Assembly: GCA_934098395.1 (NCBI GenBank)
Contig: CAKOOM010000001.1
Coordinates: forward strand, 421,493-485,492
Direction of reading: 5' to 3'
Length of the DNA stretch: 64,000 nt
Origin: an uncultured Bacilli bacterium
Lineage (GTDB): Bacteria; Bacillota_I; Bacilli_A; RF39; UBA660
A model generated the notes under the pieces. The model saw nothing but the letters and a program-made list of their open reading frames with translations, was not told the DNA's origin and searched no databases. Of the stretch, positions 25,455-33,745 are shown in pieces (the stretch's first letter is position 1; each line of letters begins with the position of its first letter). Made by a program: the position numbers and the translations under genes.

Positions 25455-26141
25455 ATGAGAGGTAAATTAATTGTAGTAGAGGGAACTGATTGTTCTGGGA
25501 AGGAAACACAAACTAATTTATTGTTAGAAAGGTTAAGAGAAAAAGGATTAAAAGTAAAAAAATATAGTTTTCCTAACTATAATAGTGCTACGGGGAAAAT
25601 AGTTGGTGGTCCATACCTAGGTAAGAGTTATATATGTAATGGATGGTTTCCAGAGGGAGCTAGTAGGGTAGAGCCGGAAGTCTCTTCACTTTATTATGCG
25701 GCAGATAGAAAATACAATATATGGTTAATAAATGAAGATTTAAATAATGGATTTAATGTTATTTTAGATAGATATGTATATTCGAATATGGCTCATCAAG
25801 GTGGTAAACTTGATACGAGCGAAGAAAGAGACAGAATGTTTAAATGGTTAGAGAAGCTAGAATTTGAATTACTCGAGTTACCAAAAGCAGATATAAAAGT
25901 GTTTTTACATATGCCATATGGAGCATCATTGAAATTAAAAGAGAGTAGAGCTAAAAATGAGGAAATGGATCAATTAGAGAGTTCTAAGGAGCATTTACTT
26001 AAAGCAGAGAGAGCTTATTTAGAATTATCTGATAAATATGATTTTTATAAAATAGAATGCGCGATAGGAAATGATGCTAAGAGTATTGAAGATATTAATT
26101 TGGAGCTTTATGATTATATAATAAAACAATTAGAGAAATAG
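25455..26141 (+). CDS. tmk: Thymidylate (dTMP) kinase
   Basis: MRGKLIVVEGTDCSGKETQ P-loop, DRYVYSNMAHQ, and a lid region. Confidence 0.85.
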   Translation: MRGKLIVVEGTDCSGKETQTNLLLERLREKGLKVKKYSFPNYNSATGKIVGGPYLGKSYICNGWFPEGASRVEPEVSSLYYAADRKYNIWLINEDLNNGFNVILDRYVYSNMAHQGGKLDTSEERDRMFKWLEKLEFELLELPKADIKVFLHMPYGASLKLKESRAKNEEMDQLESSKEHLLKAERAYLELSDKYDFYKIECAIGNDAKSIEDINLELYDYIIKQLEK

Positions 26142-26720
26142 TTATTCCTCTAATTGTATTTTTTTATTTATTTTATAGTTTATATTATTGTTTATTAAGA
26201 TAGATAGGTCTGACGACTTGATATCTATATTATATGATACGGTAGTATCAAATATTTTATTATTTATTTTGATATCTTTTAAGAGATAATTTATAAGGGG
26301 TACTTGGTTATAATCGAAGGTTATATCAATGTTATATCCATCGATTAGGGTTAGTAGTTTATTTTCTTTAATAGCATTAGTTAGACATTTTGAATAGGCT
26401 CTTGTTAGGCCACTAGCACCAAGTAGTATTCCTCCGAAGTATCTGACTGTAATGGCAAGAGTATTTACAATATTCATAGTGTCTAAAACTTTTAACATGG
26501 GTATTCCAGCAGTACCTTTGGGTTCTTTATCATCAGATGATTTTTTGATGTCATTTATTATAAATGCATAACAGTAGTGGGTAGCTTGAGGATATTTAGT
26601 TTTGGCTAGTTCTAAATATTTATCTACATCTATGGGACTATTTATTTTATATAATAGACAGATAAATCTAGAATTTTTTATAATAAGTTCATATTCAGAA
26701 TTATTGTTTATGGTATACAT
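26142..26720 (-). CDS. YigZ/IMPACT (UPF0029) family protein
   Basis: IKNSRFICLLYKI.., SSDDKEPKGTAGIPMLKVL and VRYFGGILLGASGLTRAY motifs. Its stop abuts the tmk stop with no intergenic base. Confidence 0.8.
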   Translation of the reverse strand: MYTINNNSEYELIIKNSRFICLLYKINSPIDVDKYLELAKTKYPQATHYCYAFIINDIKKSSDDKEPKGTAGIPMLKVLDTMNIVNTLAITVRYFGGILLGASGLTRAYSKCLTNAIKENKLLTLIDGYNIDITFDYNQVPLINYLLKDIKINNKIFDTTVSYNIDIKSSDLSILINNNINYKINKKIQLEE

Positions 26721-26818
26721 ATAATCACCAACTTCAATATAATTATATAGTAAAAAAAGGATTGTGACAAGTTAATGTTGTGGTATAATTAATTTATGAA
26801 TTATTTGGGAGGTGTTTT

Positions 26819-28594
26819 ATGAATGAGATAGATGAATTATTAAATACGGCTCCGCATAGTCCGGGATGTTATTTAATGAAAGATAAGAATGGTTGTGTTA
26901 TTTATGTTGGTAAAAGTAAGAATTTAAAGAATAGACTTAGTTCTTATTTTAAACAAAGTCATAGTGGTAAGACAATGATGCTTGTTAGAGATATAGTTAC
27001 TTTTGAATATATTTTAACTAATTCAGAAGTGGAATCTTTGTTACTTGAACTTAATTTAATAAAGAAGTATACCCCTAAATATAATATTTTATATAAAGAT
27101 GATAAGAGTTATCCATATATAGAGCTTACTAATGATAAGGTACCTCGTTTGTTAATAGTAAGAAACCCAAATATTAAGAGAAGTGGTAATAGAAAATTAT
27201 TTGGTCCGTATCCGAATGTTACGGCAGCAAAGAGAGTAGTAGAAATTCTTAATAGATTATATCCCCTTAGAAAATGTCATACGATGGGAAAAAAGGAATG
27301 TTTGTATTATCATATTGGGGAATGCTTAGGATATTGTATTAAAGAGATAGATAAAGATATGATAGATAATATGAGAGATGAGATAATAGCATTTTTTAAT
27401 GGAAATAGTCAAATAGTTATATCTAAACTAGAGAAAAAAATGCAAGAAACGGCTGAGAAGTTACAATTTGAGAAGGCAATTGAATATAAAGAATATTTAT
27501 CATATATTAATATTACTTTAGAGAAACAGAAGGTAATATTAGATGATAATTATGATAGAGATGTTATTGGTTATTATGAGGAAGATAATTATTTATCAAT
27601 TAATATTTTATTTATTAGAGGGGGAAAATTACTTGATAAGAAGAGTAATATCTTTCCAATGATAAATGATACGAGGGAAGAGGTTCTTAGTTATATATCT
27701 AATTTTTATGATAAGCATACGACTAGGGTTAAGGAAGTATTGGTACCAGATATGGACATTAATTTAGTACTTGAAGAGAGTTTTTCTCTTAAGTTTATTA
27801 CACCACAAAGAGGAGTTAAGAGAGAGATATTGAAATTAGCTATGGATAATGCAAAGAATTATTATAATGAGCAGATATCTATGATAAAGAAGGATGATGA
27901 AAAGATTAATAATAGTTTGAATCTTCTTAGTGAATTACTTTTAATAGATAAGTGTAATCATATTGAGATATTTGATAATTCGAATATTTTTGGTAGTTTT
28001 AATGTTTCTGGAATGGTAGTATTTATTGATGGTAAGAAACAGGTTAATATGTATCGTAAGTTTAAGATATCTAATGATAAGAATGATGATTATGGTACGA
28101 TGAGAGAAGTAATTTATAGGAGATATTTTAGGGTACTTAAGGACAATCTTGAGAGACCAGATTTAATTATTGTAGATGGTGGTGTGGGACAGATAAATGT
28201 AGCTAGAGAAGTAATTAAAGAACTTGGTCTTGATATAGCAGTAGCTGGTTTAAAGAAGGATGATAAGCATAGTACGAATGTACTTTTAGGAAGGGAACCA
28301 CTTGAAGAGATAGTGTTAAAAAAAGATAGTGATTTATTTTATTTACTTACAAGAATGCAAGATGAGGTTCATAGATATACGATTAGTTATCATAAGGATA
28401 TTCGTAGTAAGGGAGCTTTAGCATCAATACTTGATAATATTCCTGGTATTGGGGATGTTAGAAAGAAAAAAATACTTAAGAAGTATCATACGATAGATAA
28501 GATGAAGAATGCTAGTATAGAAGAATTAGGAGAAATTATGCCTGAAGATGTAGCAAAGGAATTTCATGAATATTTAGAAAAAATAGATAAATAA
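26819..28594 (+). CDS. uvrC: Excinuclease ABC subunit C
   Basis: GIY-YIG (PGCYLMKDKNGCVIYVGKSKNLKNRL), a UVR domain (LQFEKAIEYKE), an Endo V-like domain and a C-terminal (HhH)2 (IPGIGDVRKKKILKKY). Confidence 0.95.
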   Translation: MNEIDELLNTAPHSPGCYLMKDKNGCVIYVGKSKNLKNRLSSYFKQSHSGKTMMLVRDIVTFEYILTNSEVESLLLELNLIKKYTPKYNILYKDDKSYPYIELTNDKVPRLLIVRNPNIKRSGNRKLFGPYPNVTAAKRVVEILNRLYPLRKCHTMGKKECLYYHIGECLGYCIKEIDKDMIDNMRDEIIAFFNGNSQIVISKLEKKMQETAEKLQFEKAIEYKEYLSYINITLEKQKVILDDNYDRDVIGYYEEDNYLSINILFIRGGKLLDKKSNIFPMINDTREEVLSYISNFYDKHTTRVKEVLVPDMDINLVLEESFSLKFITPQRGVKREILKLAMDNAKNYYNEQISMIKKDDEKINNSLNLLSELLLIDKCNHIEIFDNSNIFGSFNVSGMVVFIDGKKQVNMYRKFKISNDKNDDYGTMREVIYRRYFRVLKDNLERPDLIIVDGGVGQINVAREVIKELGLDIAVAGLKKDDKHSTNVLLGREPLEEIVLKKDSDLFYLLTRMQDEVHRYTISYHKDIRSKGALASILDNIPGIGDVRKKKILKKYHTIDKMKNASIEELGEIMPEDVAKEFHEYLEKIDK

Positions 28595-28652
28595 TATTTT
28601 ATAAATTAGTTATTTATAGTATAATATTAATGAATAGATAGGGTGATATATA

Positions 28653-29513
28653 ATGAAGGGAAAAATACTAAAGATATCTAGTAATGATTTATATGGAAAT
28701 ACAGATGATAGATTAGTAGCGGTATATGCTTGTTTTACTCAGAAAAAATATATGAATAAGTATATTATATTTTCTATATATGGGGAAAATGATAAGAATA
28801 AGTTATACTATGGATCTATTCACTTAAAGACTAATTCTTTAGTAGTTTTTTCGGTTAGAGATGAAGAATTAAATTATATTAAGCCTTTTATTGATGAATA
28901 TATGAATGGTAGTATAAATGAAATGGAGTATGAGTTAATAGATCTTGATAAAATTGAGAAGATAGAGTTAATTTCATATAATTCACTTGATTTTGATAAA
29001 TTAGCTTATTTAGAAGAAAAATATATTCCTAAAGTTCAAAATAATGATAAGGAAAATGGTAAAAAGAATAAGGGTATGGGAACAATATTTTTATATATTT
29101 TGTTATTTATTTTAATAATACTACTTATGGGAATTAGTTATTTACATTTTTTTCCAGAAGATTTTCAGGTTGAATTAAAGACTTTAAGATGTACGAATAC
29201 ATTACATAATTCTAGATTAGAGATGGATTATCAGATAGATAAAAATATTGATTTTGATAAGGATGATAAATTTAAACATATAAATGTTATAGAAAGATAT
29301 AATTTTATGGATCAAGATCAATATTTAGAATTTAAAAATAATATAGATAAGGATGATTATTTTAAGATAGATGGTAGTTATAAATATAATGATGATGATA
29401 ATCAATTTGTAGTTATGTATAAAGAAAATAGTATAATGGAAGATTATAATGAAATATTAGAATATTTAAAAGGGGAAGGTTATGAGTGTGTAGAAGGGAC
29501 TATATATGAATAA
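28653..29513 (+). CDS. Hypothetical bitopic membrane protein
   Basis: 286 aa with a central TM (TIFLYILLFILIILLMGISYL) and acidic domains on both sides. It overlaps holA by 8 nt. Confidence 0.55.
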   Translation: MKGKILKISSNDLYGNTDDRLVAVYACFTQKKYMNKYIIFSIYGENDKNKLYYGSIHLKTNSLVVFSVRDEELNYIKPFIDEYMNGSINEMEYELIDLDKIEKIELISYNSLDFDKLAYLEEKYIPKVQNNDKENGKKNKGMGTIFLYILLFILIILLMGISYLHFFPEDFQVELKTLRCTNTLHNSRLEMDYQIDKNIDFDKDDKFKHINVIERYNFMDQDQYLEFKNNIDKDDYFKIDGSYKYNDDDNQFVVMYKENSIMEDYNEILEYLKGEGYECVEGTIYE

Positions 29514-30447
29514 TTTATATTTAATTATAGGGGAAGATGAAAAAATAGTTAATTTTAATTTATATAATATATTAGATAAAATTGATTATGTTGATGATAA
29601 TAAGATTATATATGATCATAGTGTAGATAGTTTAACTAGTGTAATAGATGAAGCTTCGATGATGAGTTTAAATGGGCTTTTAAAAGTTATTATTTTTAAT
29701 AATTTTGATTTGAGTAAGGTAGACAGTAATGAAATAGATTATTTATCTAGATATATTAATAGTAAAAACAAAGATGCTTATATTATACTTGTTGCTAAAA
29801 AAATTGATGGTAGAAAGAAAGAATATAAGATATTTAAAGATAATTTTAATATTATAAATACAGTAGTAGATAATGATAATAAGAGTAAGATACGTGATTA
29901 TATAGATAATTATATAAAGAGTAAGAGATATAAAATAGATAGTGTTAATTTAGATTATTTGGTTAGTAAACTTGGAATAGATATTAATAATATTAATTTA
30001 GAATGTGATAAGTTAATGTTATATAAAAATGATGATAAATATATAGATAGACAAACAATAGATTTATTAATATCTGATAATATAGATAATATTATATATG
30101 AGTTTACTAATGCAATAATAGAAAAAGATAATGATAAGATAGTTAAGATGTATAATGATTTTAAGACAATGAATATTGGTTATGATTATCTTTTAGTATC
30201 AATTGCGAATTATTTTAGGCAATTACTTATTATTAAGATGTTATATAATGATGGTAAGAGTAATATAGAGATATCTAAGGTAATAGGAAAAAAAGAGTTT
30301 TATATAAAAAAAACATTAGAGAGATTATATAATTATACGGAAGATGATTTAAAGAGTAAGATTAGTCAATTAGGAAAGATAGATATAGATTTTAAGAGTG
30401 GTAATAGCAAAATAGACATGCTTTTATTATTTTTAGTAAAGAGTTAA
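29506..30447 (+). CDS. holA: DNA polymerase III delta subunit
   Basis: 313 aa. The N-terminus NLYLIIGEDEKI.. and overall helical domain pattern are typical of Firmicute HolA. The call rests on size and pattern rather than a sharp motif. Confidence 0.7.
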   Translation: MNNLYLIIGEDEKIVNFNLYNILDKIDYVDDNKIIYDHSVDSLTSVIDEASMMSLNGLLKVIIFNNFDLSKVDSNEIDYLSRYINSKNKDAYIILVAKKIDGRKKEYKIFKDNFNIINTVVDNDNKSKIRDYIDNYIKSKRYKIDSVNLDYLVSKLGIDINNINLECDKLMLYKNDDKYIDRQTIDLLISDNIDNIIYEFTNAIIEKDNDKIVKMYNDFKTMNIGYDYLLVSIANYFRQLLIIKMLYNDGKSNIEISKVIGKKEFYIKKTLERLYNYTEDDLKSKISQLGKIDIDFKSGNSKIDMLLLFLVKS

Positions 30448-30467
30448 TTTTATTTAACTCTTTTATT
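30441..30467 (+). terminator. Terminator overlapping the holA stop
   Basis: GAGTTAA/TTAACTC 7-bp stem (30441-30447/30454-30460) followed by TTTTATT. Confidence 0.6.
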
Positions 30468-30494
30468 GTAATATAAATATAAATATGTTAAAAT
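30466..30494 (+). promoter_or_regulatory. Extended -10 promoter of pilin-like gene 1
   Basis: TTGTAA (30466-30471), 17 nt, TGtTAAAAT (-10 at 30489-30494). It is nearly identical to 33700-33728. Confidence 0.55.
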
Positions 30495-30508
30495 TATGGT
30501 AGGGTGAT

Positions 30509-33259
30509 ATGATGAGAAAGTTAAATAGTAGAGGATTTACGTTAACTGAGTTATTAGCTACTTTAGCAGTATTATCATTAGTTAGTACAATAGTGATATA
30601 TGTAGCGATTAATGTTGTTAATTCTGCTAAGGATAAGAGTTATTTAGTAACAAGTAACAATGTAGAAAAGGCTGCAGTTAGCTATTTGGAAGAAAATAAT
30701 GATAAGATTCATTTTGTTAAATATGATGATAATATTGAATATCAATGCGTAACTGTCCAAAATTTAATAGATACGAATTATTTTGATAAAGATGTATTGA
30801 ATTCGAAGATAAGTAAAGATAAGACTATAAGTGATAGTGATTATATTTATATTGAAAGAGATAAAGGAAGTAAGGCTATTAAAAATAGTAAATTAGTTAC
30901 TGATAGTGATAGTGATAGTGAATATAGTACAATATGTGGTAATTATAATTCTAGATTGGATGGAGATATAGAATTTAAGATACCTGGAGGATATGCAAAA
31001 GAAAAGGATGTATTAATTAGGTATTGTTTATACAATGTTACTAATTATAAAGAAATTAAATATTTATATAATTATGTACCTAGTGATAAAAGTAGTTTTA
31101 TTAAAGAATATGATGAAGATAATTGCTTTGTTAAAAATATTAAAATACTTGATAATGGTGAATTAACGGCAGAGGTTAAGGATACGGATATTAAGAAGAG
31201 TACTTCAATAACTGGTATTGATAATACGGCACCAGTTATTAAGATAGAACCAAATGGGGATAATACTTATACGAAGAATAAGACGATAAATATTAATATA
31301 AGTGATGATTTAAGTGGAATAAGTAGTGATAGTACAATAAAATATGGATTTAGTAAATCTAAGAGTGAAGAACCTGGTAGTTATAAAGAGGTTAATGTAA
31401 GTACTGGTAATGTAAAGGTTATAGAGAGTAGTTTAACTGGAGAGTATTACTTATGGGTTAAACCTAGTGTTAAAGATAATATAGGAAATGAGAATAATGG
31501 TACGTTAGTAAGTAATGTATATAAATTTGATAATACAGCACCAAGTATACCTACATATATAGCTAAATATAGAGATGGTAGTGGTAGTTATACATCTGGA
31601 AGTAATGCAAATAAAGAGGTAGTAACTGAGATATCTACGACTGAAGCTGATAGTGGAATAGAAGGAATATATTATTCGAAAGATAAGAATAGTAAGACTA
31701 AATTTAACTTTGGAGTATCAGCGTTAGCACAAAATGGTAGTACATGGAGTGGTACAGAATCATGGGATTTTAAAAACGGAAGAAATGATAGTTATTACTT
31801 TATGGCATGTGATAAGGCTGGAAACTGTTCTGATTGGTCTAGTATATTTAATATAAAATATTTAACTTCAGTATATATAAAATATAATGCTAATGGTGGC
31901 AGTATGGCAAGTAGTCATGGAAGTGAATATGAGGTAAATTCAGATGGAATGATTACTAAGAATGGTAGTATATTAACAACAAAAATTAATTATCAGGGAA
32001 AATTAGGTAGTAATGGTTTGTATAATACTAAGAATTCAAATGCAGTTAATTTAACTAATGGAAGTTATTCAATATTTAGTGGTCGTGAGTGGTGTACTAT
32101 TTCAAATGGTAGTGGAAAATGTTATGATGAGGATGCTCAGTATAGTGCGAGTGATTTTTGTGATATATCAAGTAATGATTGTGAAGTAACTTTATATGCG
32201 AACTGGTTAAGTTATTATTGCTCATATACGAGAAGGAGCTATCCGACTAGATCAGAGGCGGTTAGAGCATGTACAGTGACATCAATTAAGAATGTGGAAA
32301 CTACAACAACGACTACATATAGTTGTCCAGCTGGATATACGTGTAGTGGAGGAACATGTACAAGTACAAGTACTTGTCAAAAGACGGTAGATGGAACGAT
32401 TACAACAAAATATTATTGTTCTCATAATGGTAAATACCAAGATAGTTCTACATGTAGTTATATGAGTGGTGGTTATTATGATGATCATTATGATTTAAAT
32501 TGTGTTAATGGGTCTAACTGTACTTCCAGTTGCCCTAGTGGTAGTACATTGAAGAACGGAAAATGTTATAAATATGATAAAACTTCTTGTGGATCAGGAT
32601 GGAGTGCGACAGCAAATGGATATTGTGCTTATACATGCGGTTATTCACATGGTTTGCAATATTCTCACTGTACTGTTAATTATAAAACTTGTCAAAGTAA
32701 TCCGGCTAACTATTCTTGTACTTCTACTTGTGGAAGTGGTGATGACAGTAATTGTAAATCTGGATTTTATATTAGCGGTAGTAGTCCACATGCAAATTGT
32801 AAAACAGATTGGAAATATTATACTTGTTCTAAGAATGCAACAAAGAGTTGTAATAAAGTATATAAAGCAGGTAGTAAGAGCGATACGAAGACTTATGGTA
32901 GTTGTGCTTCTGGGTATACAGCATCTAGAGGAACTGGTTGTACTACGAAAATTACTAAAGATGGTAAAGAGTATTGTGATACTAGAACATATTGGAATGG
33001 TAGAAGTTGTACGTCTTCTTACTCTGGAGGTTCTACGAATAGAGTGGATATGAAATGTACTAAAACTGGAGAATTAAGATATTACTGTAGTCTTACAGGT
33101 AAATATACGACTTCTAAACCATCTTGTACAAATACAGAAAAAGGAAATTTGATTAGTACAACAACTACATCTTATTCTTGTCCGACAGGATATGATTCTA
33201 CAGGTAATTTGAATCAAAATAGTGTATGTACTAAAACTGTTGTTTATAATGTGTATTAA
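30509..33259 (+). CDS. Giant (916 aa) modular protein with a prepilin-type (class III) N-terminal signal, Ig-like modules, a B-repeat-like module and a Cys-rich C-terminal region
   Basis: MMRKLNSRG|FTLTELLATLAVLSLVSTIVIYVAI matches the G-FTLxE prepilin motif followed by a hydrophobic helix. DNTAPVIKIEPNG.. and DNTAPSIPTY.. begin Ig-like modules. VYIKYNANGGSM...EVTLYANW is an InlB/Listeria-Bacteroides-like repeat. The last roughly 345 aa hold about 32 Cys by hand count. Confidence 0.85.
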   Translation: MMRKLNSRGFTLTELLATLAVLSLVSTIVIYVAINVVNSAKDKSYLVTSNNVEKAAVSYLEENNDKIHFVKYDDNIEYQCVTVQNLIDTNYFDKDVLNSKISKDKTISDSDYIYIERDKGSKAIKNSKLVTDSDSDSEYSTICGNYNSRLDGDIEFKIPGGYAKEKDVLIRYCLYNVTNYKEIKYLYNYVPSDKSSFIKEYDEDNCFVKNIKILDNGELTAEVKDTDIKKSTSITGIDNTAPVIKIEPNGDNTYTKNKTININISDDLSGISSDSTIKYGFSKSKSEEPGSYKEVNVSTGNVKVIESSLTGEYYLWVKPSVKDNIGNENNGTLVSNVYKFDNTAPSIPTYIAKYRDGSGSYTSGSNANKEVVTEISTTEADSGIEGIYYSKDKNSKTKFNFGVSALAQNGSTWSGTESWDFKNGRNDSYYFMACDKAGNCSDWSSIFNIKYLTSVYIKYNANGGSMASSHGSEYEVNSDGMITKNGSILTTKINYQGKLGSNGLYNTKNSNAVNLTNGSYSIFSGREWCTISNGSGKCYDEDAQYSASDFCDISSNDCEVTLYANWLSYYCSYTRRSYPTRSEAVRACTVTSIKNVETTTTTTYSCPAGYTCSGGTCTSTSTCQKTVDGTITTKYYCSHNGKYQDSSTCSYMSGGYYDDHYDLNCVNGSNCTSSCPSGSTLKNGKCYKYDKTSCGSGWSATANGYCAYTCGYSHGLQYSHCTVNYKTCQSNPANYSCTSTCGSGDDSNCKSGFYISGSSPHANCKTDWKYYTCSKNATKSCNKVYKAGSKSDTKTYGSCASGYTASRGTGCTTKITKDGKEYCDTRTYWNGRSCTSSYSGGSTNRVDMKCTKTGELRYYCSLTGKYTTSKPSCTNTEKGNLISTTTTSYSCPTGYDSTGNLNQNSVCTKTVVYNVY

Positions 33260-33268
33260 GGAGGCAAT

Positions 33269-33682
33269 ATGAAGAAAATATTATTATGTTTAATGTTTGT
33301 TTTACTGCTAAGTGGATGTGGTAAAGATGTTAATACCAATAATGAAAAAGTGTTGGAAGATAAAAAAGATATTAATATAACGCAAAAGGAAGATACTGTT
33401 GGTGATACGGGACTTAATGTTAGAATAGATAGTTTTTATTATAAAGATAATAGTTCTACGGTTAATTTAATTGTTAAAAATAATAATGATTATGATGTAT
33501 ATATTGGTGAGTATAGCGTAATGGTTTATGATAAAGACAATAAATTACTTGGAGTATATACATTAAATATGAATACGACTATTAAGAGTGGTGAAGAGAC
33601 TAATCAAATGTTTAGTGCTAATGAAGATTATAGTAATGCTTCAAAGTTTGTATATGTGTTTGATGATACGAAGAGAATGTAA
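33269..33682 (+). CDS. Lipoprotein, FxLYD-like beta-sandwich candidate
   Basis: Lipobox LLLSG|C (MKKILLCLMFVLLLSGCG). LIVKNNNDYDVYIGEYSVMVYDKDNKLLG resembles FxLYD-type domains. SD GGAGG lies 5 nt upstream. Confidence 0.6.
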   Translation: MKKILLCLMFVLLLSGCGKDVNTNNEKVLEDKKDINITQKEDTVGDTGLNVRIDSFYYKDNSSTVNLIVKNNNDYDVYIGEYSVMVYDKDNKLLGVYTLNMNTTIKSGEETNQMFSANEDYSNASKFVYVFDDTKRM

Positions 33683-33699
33683 AAGTACATTCTCTTTTA
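33673..33699 (+). terminator. Terminator overlapping the lipoprotein stop
   Basis: Perfect 9-bp stem GAGAATGTA/TACATTCTC, 4-nt loop, TTTT. Confidence 0.7.
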
Positions 33700-33728
33700 T
33701 TGTAATATAAAAATAAATATGGTAAAAT
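33700..33728 (+). promoter_or_regulatory. Extended -10 promoter of pilin-like gene 2 (duplicate of 30466-30494)
   Basis: TTGTAA (33700-33705), 17 nt, TGgTAAAAT (-10 at 33723-33728). Confidence 0.55.
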
Positions 33729-33745
33729 TATGATGTGGTGATGCG

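Noticed and set aside
7568-25509. Short antisense ORFs 7568-7792, 21890-22102, 23378-23581, 24334-24552 and 25204-25509
   Set aside because: The reason is the same: they are shadow ORFs opposite well-supported genes. 24334-24552 also runs through a terminator hairpin.
28653-33259. Competence (ComE/ComG) locus interpretation, because holA is usually next to comEC and the downstream genes have prepilin signals
   Set aside because: No ComEA/ComEC, ComGA/GB or ComC motifs are present. The pilin-like proteins are far too large and modular for ComG pseudopilins. The ORF upstream of holA has one TM and no ComEC features.
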